From an uncultured bacterium (GTDB taxonomy: Bacteria; Bacteroidota; Rhodothermia; Rhodothermales; DASSAV01), in contig CBDUBS010000002.1 of the NCBI GenBank assembly GCA_965365445.1, positions 1 through 61,139 on the forward strand: 61,139 nucleotides of DNA, given 5' to 3'. Positions within the stretch are counted from its first letter, which is position 1. Every line of letters begins with the position of its first letter. A program made the translations under genes and the position numbers. Under the pieces are notes generated by a model. That model was not told where the DNA came from, made no database searches, and saw only the letters and a program-made list of their open reading frames with translations. This document shows, one piece after another, positions 44,350-53,644 of this stretch.

Positions 44350-44768
44350 AACGACCTCCTGACATTATGCGATGTCTGAATGGATAACCGGCCGGCGCCT
44401 GCCCAGGCAGAAGATCCGACCGAAGGGGAAACTCTGGCTACCCGTACCGGCCGCCCGATGGCTACGAATGCCGCGGCCGTGATGACGGCAAGGGTGTTCG
44501 GGTCCAGTTCGGATTCTACGTCGGAGGGTGCTGCCGCGGCGGTCGCCGCCCCGACTTCTGCCGTCGGCGGTTCTGCATTCATCCCGCGGTTCAGCAGGCG
44601 GCCGAGCCAGTACAAACTTTCGCCTATGACGACTAGTGCGGTGAATACCACGAGCATCCCGACGATCATAAGGGATATGGCAGAAAAACCGGCGTCGGCA
44701 GAGGAAATATCCGCCGCCCGTTGCATCAAAGGCGCCGCTGCTACGAGCGCCGGGTATATCGTATTCAT
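44346..44768 (-). CDS. OadG-like small membrane subunit (delta) of the decarboxylase
   Basis: About 140 aa from the ATG at aa 10. Single TM helix AISLMIVGMLVVFTALVVIG followed by an Ala-rich region. Position matches mmdD/oadG. Confidence 0.7.
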   Translation of the reverse strand: MNTIYPALVAAAPLMQRAADISSADAGFSAISLMIVGMLVVFTALVVIGESLYWLGRLLNRGMNAEPPTAEVGAATAAAAPSDVESELDPNTLAVITAAAFVAIGRPVRVARVSPSVGSSAWAGAGRLSIQTSHNVRRSL

Positions 44769-44847
44769 CCCGTCCTTCCGGTTAAAGATGTGCAAAAGCC
44801 TCGTTGCCTGCCGGCCGACTCATGGTCCGTGTGGGATGGCAAAGGAA

Positions 44848-46410
44848 TCACAGGGGAATGAGCCCGTGTTTTTTCGCCGGGCGCATATCCCGTTTGGTCT
44901 GCAACGTCTCAAGCGCCATGCCGATGTACCGCCTCGTCTCGGCCGGTTCGATGATGTCGTCTACCATGCGCCTCGCTGCGGCTACGTACGGTGTGGAGAA
45001 CGTGTCTCGGTACAGCTGGATCAGTTCCTCCCGACGGGCCTGCTTATCTTCGGCCGCATCGATCTCCCTGCGGAATACGATTCCCGCGGCTCCTTCGGCT
45101 CCCATCACGGCAATTTCGGCCGTCGGCCAGGCAGCGACCCGGTCGGCGCCCAGGTCCTTACCGCACATGGCCAGGTAAGCCCCACCGTACGCCTTACGCA
45201 ACACGACCGTCACTTTCGGAACGGTGGCGGCGGAGTAGGAAAACAACATCTTGGCGCCGTGCCGGATTATGCCGCCGTATTCCTGCTCGACGCCCGGCAT
45301 GAAGCCCGGCACATCTACCAGGGTGACCAGCGGGATGTTGAACGCATTGCAGAACCGGATGAAACGGGAGCTTTTATCCGATGAATCGATATCCAGCACC
45401 CCGGCTTTCTCGGCCGGGTTATTGGCGACGATTCCCACCGTCCGGCCGAACACCCTGCCGAATCCGATGATAATATTTTGGGCAAACGTAGCCTGCACCT
45501 CCAGGAAATCGGCATGGTCCACGACTCTCGCTATGACGTCGTGCATGTCGTACGGAGCGCGGGGATTTTCCGGCAGGATGCCGTTCAACGCCAGATCGGG
45601 CGCGGCCGCCGAATCGTACTCGCGGCGGGGAGGATCTTCCAGGTTGTTCGACGGCAGAAACGAAAGCAGCTTCTGACAGATTCGTAGAGCGTCGCGATCG
45701 TCCTCGGCTACGAAGTGCACCACGCCGGAATACGTCATCTGCGCTTCCGGGCCGCCCAGTTCCTCTGGTGTAACATCCTCACCGGTAACCTGTTTGATTA
45801 CCGATGGACCCGTGATGAACATCTGGCTCTGCCGGGTCTGGATGATGAAATCCGTCAGGGCCGGACTGTAGGCCGCTCCGCCTGCGCAGGGCCCGCAAAT
45901 GAGAGAAATCTGCGGCACCACCCCCGAAAGCAGGGTGTTCTGGAAAAACACGCGCCCGTATCCACCAAGCGCGTCGATGCCTTCCTGAATGCGGGCCCCG
46001 CCGGAATCGTTGATGAGGACAAAGGGGCTGCCTGTCTTGAGGGCTCCTTTGCACATTTCAACGATCTTGTCGGCATGGACTTCCCCTACGGCTCCGCCGA
46101 TTGTCGTAAAATCCTGGCTGGCGACATGGATGAGGCGACCGTTGACCATACCGGCCCCGGTAATTACGGCATCGGCGGGCACCTCCTTGTCTGCCATGCC
46201 GAAATGAGTCGCTCGGTGCCGGGCGAACCCGAACATCTCCTGAAACGAACCCTCGTCAAGAAGGCCTGTCACCCGCTCCCTCGCGGAGAGCTTCCCCTGC
46301 TGGTGTTGTTTTTTTATTCGGTCCGCTCCGCCCATTTCGTACAGCTTCGCCTTTCTCTGGCGTAGCTCCTGGATGCGTGCGGCCATCGTGGTTTTTTTTC
46401 CTGTTTCCAT
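44848..46410 (-). CDS. Methylmalonyl-CoA carboxyltransferase (alpha subunit; acyl-CoA carboxylase beta-chain family)
   Basis: 520 aa with two crotonase-like carboxyltransferase domains. Diagnostic stretches: [24 protein letters not shown] and [33 protein letters not shown]. Confidence 0.93.
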   Translation of the reverse strand: [520 protein letters not shown]

Positions 46411-46484
46411 GTCGGCCTCTGAATGGTGCGCTCGGCCAGTCTTTCGATCGGTGGTGAATAAAATCGGGCGGGTTGCCCATCAAG

Positions 46485-46518
46485 GATACGGGCGCTGATG
46501 ATTCATCGCGCCCGTATC
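46485..46518 (-). promoter_or_regulatory. Stable GC-rich stem-loop in the 140-nt spacer between the epimerase and carboxyltransferase genes
   Basis: Perfect 11-bp arms GATACGGGCGC (46485..46495) and GCGCCCGTATC (46508..46518) with a 12-nt loop. No U tract follows on the minus strand. Coordinates were checked against ORF-track frame 46473. Confidence 0.5.
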
Positions 46519-46550
46519 TCCGTGTACCTCGTTCATTCGATCAGCCCGGC

Positions 46551-46991
46551 TCAATGCTGGGCTTCACAAATTTCCGTCAGCACGCCCCCGGTGCTTTTGG
46601 GATGCAAAAACGCGATCTGCGTGTGATGAGCGCCGGGTCTGGGCTTCTCGTCTATCAGGCGTATGCCCGCCCCCTTCAGATCGTCCAGACGCTGCTGAAT
46701 GTTGTCCACCGTGTAGGCGACATGGTGCAACCCTTCCCCTTTTTTTTCGAGGAATCCCGAAATGGGCGAATCCGGGGAGGTCGGTTCGAGGAGCTCGATG
46801 CGGACTTCATGCCCCTCGGGCCCCACCAGAAAGAAACCAACTTTCACTTTCTGATCTCCGACCTCCTCGATCCCGTCGAAACGGGCGCCGAGGGTTTGCT
46901 CGTAATAGGCCCGATGGTCATCGATCGACCGTACGGCTATGCCGATATGGTTGATAGCTTTAGGCTGTATCATTGTTTTAATCCGGTCCAA
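46551..46991 (-). CDS. Methylmalonyl-CoA epimerase (VOC/glyoxalase fold)
   Basis: 146 aa. INHIGIAV, the GLHHVAY metal-ligand pattern, and IAFLHPKSTGGVLTE. Confidence 0.9.
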   Translation of the reverse strand: MDRIKTMIQPKAINHIGIAVRSIDDHRAYYEQTLGARFDGIEEVGDQKVKVGFFLVGPEGHEVRIELLEPTSPDSPISGFLEKKGEGLHHVAYTVDNIQQRLDDLKGAGIRLIDEKPRPGAHHTQIAFLHPKSTGGVLTEICEAQH

Positions 46992-47003
46992 CCGGCTTTA
47001 AGG

Positions 47004-48680
47004 TCAAACGTAGCTTTCCTGATACTCGCCGTATACGGCGCGAAGGGCGTCGCTGATTTCGCCGACGCTGGCGTAGGCCCGCACGGCGTCGAGGATGTAA
47101 GGCATCAGATTGTCGGTGCCGCGCGCGGCTTCCGAAACGGCCGCCAGCCGGCGCTGTACTTCGGCCTGGTCGCGGGAAGCTTTCACCTTGCTGACCTTCT
47201 CGATCTGCGACTGCCCCACCGCCTCGTCGATCTTGAGGAGATCCATCTTCGGCTCCTTATCGGAGGTAAACTTATTGACGCCGACGATAAACCGTTCGCC
47301 TTTCTCGACCGACTGGCCGTATTCGTACGCCGAGTTCTCGATCTGTTTCTGAATCCATCCCTGTTCGATGGCCGAAACCACGCCGCCCATCTCGTCTATT
47401 TTGTTGATGTAATCCATCGCTTCGGCTTCCAGTTCGTCGGTAAGCTTCTCGACGTAATAGCTGCCGGCCAGTGGATCGATCGTATTGGTCACACCGGATT
47501 CGAACGCGATGATTTGCTGCGTGCGCAGGGCAACCGTAACGCTTTCTTCGGTCGGGAGGGCCAGCGCTTCGTCTTTCGAATTGGTGTGCAGGCTCTGGGT
47601 ACCCCCAAGCACCGCCGCGAGCGCCTGAAGCGTTACGCGGACGATGTTGTTATCGGGCTGCTGAGCCGTCAGAGTCACGCCGCCGGTCTGCGTGTGGAAC
47701 CGCAGCATCCAGCTCTTCGGGCTCTCTGCGCCAAAACGCTCCTTCATGATCCGGGCATACAGACGACGGGCAGCGCGGAACTTCGCCACCTCCTCCAGTA
47801 CGTCGGTGTGCGCCGCAAAGAAGAATGCCAGCCGCGGAGCAAAGTCGTCGATCTTCAGCCCGGCCTGGATAGCCGTTTCAACATACGTTATTGCGTCGGC
47901 CAGCGTGAAGCCGATTTCCTGCGCCGCCGTCGAGCCGGCCTCGCGGATATGGTACCCGCTGATCGAAATGGTATTCCACTTCGGCACATTCGCCGTGCAG
48001 TAAGCGAAAATATCACTGATGATGCGCAGGGAGGGTTTCGGCGGGAATATATACGTACCCCTTGCGATGTACTCCTTGAGCACGTCGTTCTGAATGGTGC
48101 CGTCGAGTTGATCGGCCGATACACCCTGCTTCTCGGCCACCGCAATGTACATGGCGAGCAGAATCGACGCCGTAGCGTTGATGGTCATACTCGTGGATAC
48201 TTTGTCCAGCGGGATTCCGTCGAACAAGGTTTCCATATCCGCCAGCGTATCGATGGCCACGCCCACCTTACCGATTTCCCCGATGGCGAACGACGAATCC
48301 GAATCGTAGCCGATCTGCGTCGGCAGATCGAAGGCGACCGAAAGGCCGGACGTGCCCTGACTCAAGAGGTACTTGTACCGCTGGTTGGATTCCTCCGCCG
48401 TGGCGAAGCCCGCATACTGGCGCATGGTCCACAGCCTGCCGCGGTACATAGTCGGCTGAACGCCGCGGGTATAGGGGTACTGACCGGGGAAGCCCAGCTT
48501 GTCGTTGTACTGTTTCACGGCCGCGGGGTCAGGCAGGTAGAGTCGATCTACCGGCTTGCCCGATACCGTTTTGAACTCTTTTGCTCGTTCCGGAAACCGG
48601 GAGATCGTTTTTTCTACCGATGCCCTGTAACGGGCGTCGGCATCCTGAATCTCCTTGAAGGCGTCGTTAGAGTCTATCAT
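47004..48680 (-). CDS. Methylmalonyl-CoA mutase, catalytic (large) subunit without a fused B12 domain
   Basis: 558 aa from the ATG at aa 43 of the [28 protein letters not shown] and [17 protein letters not shown] carry the Tyr/Arg pair I recall as MCM-type (versus Phe/Gln in isobutyryl-CoA mutase). Confidence 0.93.
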   Translation of the reverse strand: MIDSNDAFKEIQDADARYRASVEKTISRFPERAKEFKTVSGKPVDRLYLPDPAAVKQYNDKLGFPGQYPYTRGVQPTMYRGRLWTMRQYAGFATAEESNQRYKYLLSQGTSGLSVAFDLPTQIGYDSDSSFAIGEIGKVGVAIDTLADMETLFDGIPLDKVSTSMTINATASILLAMYIAVAEKQGVSADQLDGTIQNDVLKEYIARGTYIFPPKPSLRIISDIFAYCTANVPKWNTISISGYHIREAGSTAAQEIGFTLADAITYVETAIQAGLKIDDFAPRLAFFFAAHTDVLEEVAKFRAARRLYARIMKERFGAESPKSWMLRFHTQTGGVTLTAQQPDNNIVRVTLQALAAVLGGTQSLHTNSKDEALALPTEESVTVALRTQQIIAFESGVTNTIDPLAGSYYVEKLTDELEAEAMDYINKIDEMGGVVSAIEQGWIQKQIENSAYEYGQSVEKGERFIVGVNKFTSDKEPKMDLLKIDEAVGQSQIEKVSKVKASRDQAEVQRRLAAVSEAARGTDNLMPYILDAVRAYASVGEISDALRAVYGEYQESYV

Positions 48681-48711
48681 GGTCCTGTTTTCGGTAATTG
48701 ATCGATGATAT

Positions 48712-49803
48712 CTACTGCTGGGGCCCCGCTTCCGTAGGGGCGTGTACGGCGCGGGCCGTGCGGCGGATGAGGTCCGCGGAAAAGTTCTCAACGGTTGTTT
48801 CCCCACTCAATATACGCCCGAGGGCATTTTGCTCCTCTCCCCCACGGGTAAGCATTTCTTCGACGTTTCGCCTCACCTGCTCGAAAACGGCTTCTCTGAC
48901 CTCGTCGTACACGGCCTCATCCCGACGACTGATCCACGTACTGCGCGAACGTTCCGCTCGTTTCTCCAGACCCGTTACGAGATCTCCGATACCCGTCCGT
49001 TCGACGGCACTTACGAGGTACACGTCGGGCTTTTCAGGGCGTCGCCGGGCCAGCACCGCATCCTCCAATTCCGGGTCTGCCGTAAGGCTTTCGACCACTT
49101 CGTCATGATGCTCCTGCACCACCGTGGGATTATCGAAGCTGAGCGCGCTCAGTAATGTGCTGTGCAGGTGGTTCGCACCCTCTTTATCGGCCTTATTGAT
49201 CACGAACAGGTCACCGATTTCCATCAGGCCGGCCTTGAGCATCTGGATCGAATCGCCCTGCCCGGGCGCCAGCACGATCATGACCATGTCGGCCACACGA
49301 GCTACCTCGACTTCACTCTGCCCGACCCCGACGGTCTCCAGGAACACCACGTCACAACCGATCAGGCCCATGACGCGCAGCACGCCCTTCACACCGAGGG
49401 ACAATCCGCCCAGATGGCCGCGGGAGGCCAGTGACCGGATGAAGATCATGGGGTCCGTCGAGTGGCGCATCATCCGCACCCGGTCGCCGAGAACGGCTCC
49501 CCCCGTGAACGGGGAGGACGGATCCACGGCGATCACTCCGATGCGCTTGTCGGGAAAACGTTGCCGATACTCCGCGATGAGTTGATCCGTCAGCGAGGAC
49601 TTGCCGCTACCGGGCGCCCCGGTTACGCCGAGCACTAGGCGCGGTTGAGGCCATTCTTCTATTGGAGCGGCGATAAACAGTTCAGGGAGGCGCTGGGGCT
49701 CTCCCTCCAGGAGGCTCATGAGCCTCGCTGCGGCCCGGATTGACGGCGCCCCCCCACTGGGCGAGGAAGCCTCCCGGACCAACTGTTCGATAGAAAAGGC
49801 CAT
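48712..49803 (-). CDS. meaB: Methylmalonyl-CoA mutase-associated GTPase MeaB/ArgK
   Basis: 363 aa from the ATG at aa 19. P-loop [18 protein letters not shown] and INKADK. Confidence 0.93.
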   Translation of the reverse strand: MAFSIEQLVREASSPSGGAPSIRAAARLMSLLEGEPQRLPELFIAAPIEEWPQPRLVLGVTGAPGSGKSSLTDQLIAEYRQRFPDKRIGVIAVDPSSPFTGGAVLGDRVRMMRHSTDPMIFIRSLASRGHLGGLSLGVKGVLRVMGLIGCDVVFLETVGVGQSEVEVARVADMVMIVLAPGQGDSIQMLKAGLMEIGDLFVINKADKEGANHLHSTLLSALSFDNPTVVQEHHDEVVESLTADPELEDAVLARRRPEKPDVYLVSAVERTGIGDLVTGLEKRAERSRSTWISRRDEAVYDEVREAVFEQVRRNVEEMLTRGGEEQNALGRILSGETTVENFSADLIRRTARAVHAPTEAGPQQ

Positions 49804-49875
49804 GTTCAACGGTGCAGCCCGCGATGCCACCCTGCGGCCCACGGGCCAATGGTACACGAAACGACGTTCGAGAGG

Positions 49876-50289
49876 CTAGCGCGCGGCAGCCGAAATCAAC
49901 GAATCCAGCGTCTCAACGATGGTCTTCGCGGGCGTGCCGGGTGTAAATACGGCCCCAAGGCCCATATCGAGCAGGCCCTGAACGTCGGCCGGAGGAATTA
50001 CCCCTCCCCCGAATACGATAATGTCTCCGGCCTCGTGTTCCTTCAGCAGATCGATGACGCGCTTGAAAAGCACATTGTGAGCGCCGGAAAGAAGCGAAAG
50101 CCCGATGGCAGCCACATCTTCCTGAATGGCGGCTTCCACGATTTGCTCCGGGCTCCGCCGTATGCCGGTATAAATGACCTCGTACCCGGCGTCTCGGAGG
50201 ATATGCGCCACGTACTTGGCGCCTCTATCATGGCCGTCGAGGCCGGGCTTCCCGATGAGGATGCGCGGTTTCTGTATGGCAGCGTTCAT
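49876..50289 (-). CDS. Methylmalonyl-CoA mutase B12-binding (small) subunit
   Basis: 137 aa from the ATG at aa 48. Cobalamin-binding DxHxxG (GLDGHDRGAKYV), SxL (SLLSGAH) and GG (FGGGVIP). Confidence 0.92.
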   Translation of the reverse strand: MNAAIQKPRILIGKPGLDGHDRGAKYVAHILRDAGYEVIYTGIRRSPEQIVEAAIQEDVAAIGLSLLSGAHNVLFKRVIDLLKEHEAGDIIVFGGGVIPPADVQGLLDMGLGAVFTPGTPAKTIVETLDSLISAAAR

Positions 50290-50705
50290 GGTTTCGATGT
50301 TCGGTTGATACAACGGTCCAGCAGTACTTCTTTCGTGGCCTGAACCGGAGTGAGGTAGGGAACGGGCTTCCCGGCCTCTCACTTCTTCGTTTTCCGCGGC
50401 CAGTGTAAAGCGCCTCAGTCCAAACCTCAAATGAAAAAACTGAGCAATCTGGACCGATTCCGCTTTATTAAGTACTCTAAAGGACCGGAAGGCCTTTTCC
50501 GGTTCATCGGCCGCACTGCCGCACTCCGTTTAGAATTGATTAAAATACACAACTCGAATCTACAACGGAGCCTGACCCTTACCTCGTAAAGCGAAAGGAC
50601 ATGAAGAAGTTGTAACCAATCCGCTGTTTACCGGAAACATCTCCCCTTCCTGTACGCGTAACGAAAAGCACCTCGACGTTTCAATCATCTAAACCGGATC
50701 CCGGT

Positions 50706-51575
50706 ATGTCCAATTCTATTTCTCGGCGCTCGCTCGTGAAAACATTGACAGGTGCTACGGCCGTCCTAGGAATGGGTGCTACGCTGCCGTCCGCCGTCAT
50801 GGGCTCAAAAGCTGCTTCGAATGGTCGGGTGAATCATTCCGTATGCAAATGGTGCTACCCGGATATCAGCCTGGACAACCTGGCCCTGGAGGCTCGTCGG
50901 ATCGGGCTGTCCTCCATAGAGCTTCTCGGGCCGGACGATTGGCCCACCCTGAAAAAGCACGGCCTCATCTGTGCCATGGCTACGGGTCCCGCCGGCATCA
51001 AGGACGGATTTAATCGTCTGGAGAATCATGCCGTGCTGGTTCCAGCCTACCGGAAGCGTATCAGCGAGGTTGCGGAAGCGGGCTTCCCGAACGTCATCAC
51101 TTTTTCGGGCAATCGGGCCGGGCTGGATAATGAAGAAGGCCTGCATAATTGCGTCGTCGGTATCAAACAGATCATGTCGGCGGCCGAAAGGGAAAACGTG
51201 ACCGTCTGCATGGAATTGCTCAACAGCAAGGTCAACCATCCGGATTACATGTGCGACCATACCGCATGGGGAGTCGAACTGGTCAAGCAGGTCGGGTCGG
51301 ATCGATTCAAGCTGCTCTACGACATCTACCACATGCAAATCATGGAAGGCGACGTCATCCGGACCATTCAGGACAACCACCAGTATATCGGCCACTATCA
51401 CACCGGGGGCAACCCCGGGCGCCACGAAATCGACGAAACGCAGGAACTGTACTACCCTGCCATCATGCGAGCGATCCTGGATACCGGTTTTAGCGGCTTC
51501 GTCGCCCAGGAGTTCGTACCCTCACGCGATCCGCTTACCTCTCTGGCACAGGCCGTCAGCATCTGCGACGTGTAA
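50706..51575 (+). CDS. Xylose-isomerase-like TIM-barrel protein (hydroxypyruvate-isomerase-like) with a twin-arginine signal
   Basis: 289 aa. Tat-like MSNSISRRSLVKTLTGATAVLG, and a sugar-phosphate isomerase/epimerase-type barrel (CMELLNSK...YDIYHMQ...GHYHTGG). Confidence 0.78.
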   Translation: MSNSISRRSLVKTLTGATAVLGMGATLPSAVMGSKAASNGRVNHSVCKWCYPDISLDNLALEARRIGLSSIELLGPDDWPTLKKHGLICAMATGPAGIKDGFNRLENHAVLVPAYRKRISEVAEAGFPNVITFSGNRAGLDNEEGLHNCVVGIKQIMSAAERENVTVCMELLNSKVNHPDYMCDHTAWGVELVKQVGSDRFKLLYDIYHMQIMEGDVIRTIQDNHQYIGHYHTGGNPGRHEIDETQELYYPAIMRAILDTGFSGFVAQEFVPSRDPLTSLAQAVSICDV

Positions 51576-51654
51576 GAAACGGCAAAGATGCTCTAGAGGA
51601 CAGGCTGCGCGGGAATGACGATGACGCTCCGGTTTGGGTTTTCCGGATGATTAT

Positions 51655-51678
51655 CCCGTTTCCGATAAACGGGATTTT
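51655..51678 (+). terminator. Possible weak terminator downstream of the TIM-barrel gene
   Basis: CCCGTTT-ccgat-AAACGGG followed by ATTTT. The stem is only 7 bp and the T run is short. Confidence 0.35.
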
Positions 51679-51763
51679 CCCTTGGTGGAAACCTGTCAGT
51701 ACCTATCTTGCCGGGCGAAGAAAAGCAAAAGGAGGAAACAGTCATCCATTTTGCCGCCCGCAG

Positions 51764-51810
51764 AAAAAAACAGCAGCCGCAAACACCTTTATTTTCGGCA
51801 CTTGCGGCTG
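51764..51810 (-). terminator. Rho-independent terminator of tRNA-Lys
   Basis: On the minus strand, a 9-bp stem CAGCCGCAA/TTGCGGCTG with a 19-nt loop is followed by CTG and then 7 T (A run 51764..51770 on the + strand). It begins 7 nt after the tRNA 3' end. Confidence 0.7.
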
Positions 51811-51817
51811 ATTTTTG

Positions 51818-51890
51818 TAGGCCCGGGGGGACTCGAACCCCCAACCCATTGATTAAGAGTCAATTGCTCTGCCAGTTGAGCTACGGGCCT
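51818..51890 (-). tRNA. tRNA-Lys (anticodon CUU), 73 nt, CCA not encoded
   Basis: Hand-folded cloverleaf: acceptor AGGCCCG/CGGGCCT, D arm GCTC-AACTGGCA-GAGC, anticodon arm ATTGA-CTCTTAA-TCAAT, variable GGGTT, T arm GGGGG-TTCGAGT-CCCCC, discriminator A. Coordinates were checked against ORF-track frame 51708. Confidence 0.95.
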
Positions 51891-51960
51891 GTAGCGACTT
51901 TTCAAACGGTGCCAATATACCCCTGCGTGTAAAAAATGTTTGCCCGCAGGAGAAATTTAT

Positions 51961-52884
51961 ATGTCTTTCATCCGAGAGTTCCGGCGGCCGGAGTTAAGCA
52001 CCGGGCTGCCGTACATGGTGCTGGCTGCCCTCTTCTTCAGCCTGATGACGCTATTCGTGAAAATTGCCGGACAGCGTCTGCCGAGTATGGAAATCGTGCT
52101 CACACGGGGCATCGTAACGCTGGGATACAGTTACGCCGCCCTCCGGTGGGCCGGAATCAGTCCCTGGGGCCGCAACCGGGTGTTGCTGGTTCTGCGCGGC
52201 CTGTTTGGCTTCCTTGCCCTGACCTGTCTTTATTATGCCGTCACGAAACTCCCGCTGGCCGACGCCAACGTAATCCAGTATACGAACCCTGTATTTACGA
52301 CCATCCTTGCGGCGATATTCCTCAAGGAGCGGATAGCAGGGGCCGATCTGATGGGAGCCGTGCTGGGGGTTTCCGGCGTCGTGCTGGTTGCGCGACCGGC
52401 ATTTCTATTCGGCGCGTCGGTAAATCCACTCGATATGCATGCGGCGGGAATCGCCCTGCTAGGGGCTATGTGCAGCGCAGCCGCCTACGTGGTGGTGCGA
52501 AGGCTGCGCAACGATGAACCATCGGCCGTCATCATCTTTTACTTTCCGCTGGTCACTACCATCGCGTCCCTTCCGCTGGCCTTACCTTCTTTCATCTGGC
52601 CGACCCTGACCGAATGGCTGATCATTATTTTCGGGGTGGGGCTGTGCGCCCAACTGGGCCAGATCTGCCTCACCCTCGGCCTCAAAATAGAGCCCGCCGG
52701 AAGGGCTATGGCGCTCAGTTACCTTCAGGTAGTGTTCGCGGCAATCTGGGGCGTTATCTTTCTCACCGAGCACCCCAGCCCCCTTACGGTAGCCGGCTCC
52801 CTTCTCGTTTTCGGAGGTACGTGGATCACGGTCCGTACCGGGCACGGCCCCCGTGTTTCACAGGAGGATCGAGCCGAGGTGTAA
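51961..52884 (+). CDS. EamA/DMT-family transporter
   Basis: 307 aa from the ATG preceded by AGGAG. About 10 TM helices in two EamA repeats. Confidence 0.85.
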   Translation: MSFIREFRRPELSTGLPYMVLAALFFSLMTLFVKIAGQRLPSMEIVLTRGIVTLGYSYAALRWAGISPWGRNRVLLVLRGLFGFLALTCLYYAVTKLPLADANVIQYTNPVFTTILAAIFLKERIAGADLMGAVLGVSGVVLVARPAFLFGASVNPLDMHAAGIALLGAMCSAAAYVVVRRLRNDEPSAVIIFYFPLVTTIASLPLALPSFIWPTLTEWLIIIFGVGLCAQLGQICLTLGLKIEPAGRAMALSYLQVVFAAIWGVIFLTEHPSPLTVAGSLLVFGGTWITVRTGHGPRVSQEDRAEV

Positions 52885-52893
52885 GGCATTCAA

Positions 52894-53352
52894 TTAAGAA
52901 GCGACAGGCGGAGGTATCCGTCCCTGAACCCACTCGGAGGACCCGTCGTCATATACTTCCCGTTTCCAGATAGGCACGCGCTCTTTCAACGTATCGATCA
53001 GGAACCGGCTAATCGCAAACCCCTCGGCCCGGTGGCCCGTCGAAACGCCTACGATAACACTGGCTTCTTTAACCGGTACGGAGCCAAGGCGGTGGTGAAT
53101 ACAAAGCCTGTAGGAGCGGCCGACTCGTTCCGATTCCCGAGCGATCTCCTCCAGTACGTTGAGCGCCATCGGTTCGTACGCTTCATATTCAAGCAGCCGT
53201 GTAGCCTTCTCTCCTGTTTTCCCTCGCGTCGTTCCTATGAAAAGGTTCACCGCACCGGATTTCTCTTCAGGAAGAAAAGTGGATACGGCCCCGACGTCGA
53301 GAGGCGCCTGCTGGAGGCAAAGCCACAGGCTCCCGGTTTTGATTTCGTGCAT
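52894..53352 (-). CDS. moaE: Molybdopterin synthase catalytic subunit
   Basis: 152 aa from the ATG at aa 19. HRLGSVPVKEASVIVGVSTGHRAEGF and ERVPIWKRE. Confidence 0.9.
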   Translation of the reverse strand: MHEIKTGSLWLCLQQAPLDVGAVSTFLPEEKSGAVNLFIGTTRGKTGEKATRLLEYEAYEPMALNVLEEIARESERVGRSYRLCIHHRLGSVPVKEASVIVGVSTGHRAEGFAISRFLIDTLKERVPIWKREVYDDGSSEWVQGRIPPPVAS

Positions 53353-53359
53353 GGTCGGT

Positions 53360-53635
53360 TTAGCCCCCACTAACCGGCGTAATGATCGCCACCTCGTCGC
53401 CGTCATTCAGCGGTATCCCATCGGATGCATACTCCAGGTTGACGGCCAGACGGATTACGTCGCGGTACGGCCTGAACGCCGGGAAGGCCTCCTCCATCGC
53501 ATCGAGTACGTCCCTGCCGCAGGCAGGCGACGTTAAGGCCAGATGGTGATGCGATGAGCCGGTGAGATCCCGTAGGGAACTGAACAGGCATACCTTGACG
53601 TGGAGGGTACGATCGGGTGAGGAGGCTTCTTCCAT
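53360..53635 (-). CDS. moaD: Molybdopterin synthase sulfur-carrier subunit
   Basis: 91 aa with a ubiquitin-like fold. The C-terminus DGDEVAIITPVSGG ends in Gly-Gly. It lies 7 nt upstream of moaE. Confidence 0.85.
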   Translation of the reverse strand: MEEASSPDRTLHVKVCLFSSLRDLTGSSHHHLALTSPACGRDVLDAMEEAFPAFRPYRDVIRLAVNLEYASDGIPLNDGDEVAIITPVSGG

Positions 53636-53644
53636 GTGGACCAG

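Noticed and set aside
46473-48701. 742-aa + strand ORF spanning the epimerase and mutase region
   Set aside because: It lies exactly antisense to two strongly recognisable genes and crosses their intergenic gap. Its composition is R/G/P/A/L-heavy with no motif. Long shadow ORFs like this are expected in GC-rich DNA with high GC3 on the true strand.
50290-50430. Possible cobalamin riboswitch in the leader of the B12-dependent mutase operon
   Set aside because: I could not find a B12-box-like core or the multi-stem architecture. There is only one imperfect hairpin (GTGAGG…GGGAA-cgggc-TTCCC…CCTCTCAC). B12 riboswitches normally control B12 supply genes, not B12-dependent mutases. A covariance-model scan would confirm this.
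51576-51960. tRNA-Lys as a possible integration site for a genomic island, and ORFs 51593..51844, 51634..51852 and 51708..51932
   Set aside because: There is no integrase, no duplicated copy of the tRNA 3' end, and no compositional break in the flanking genes. The three ORFs overlap the tRNA and its terminator and have no coding features.
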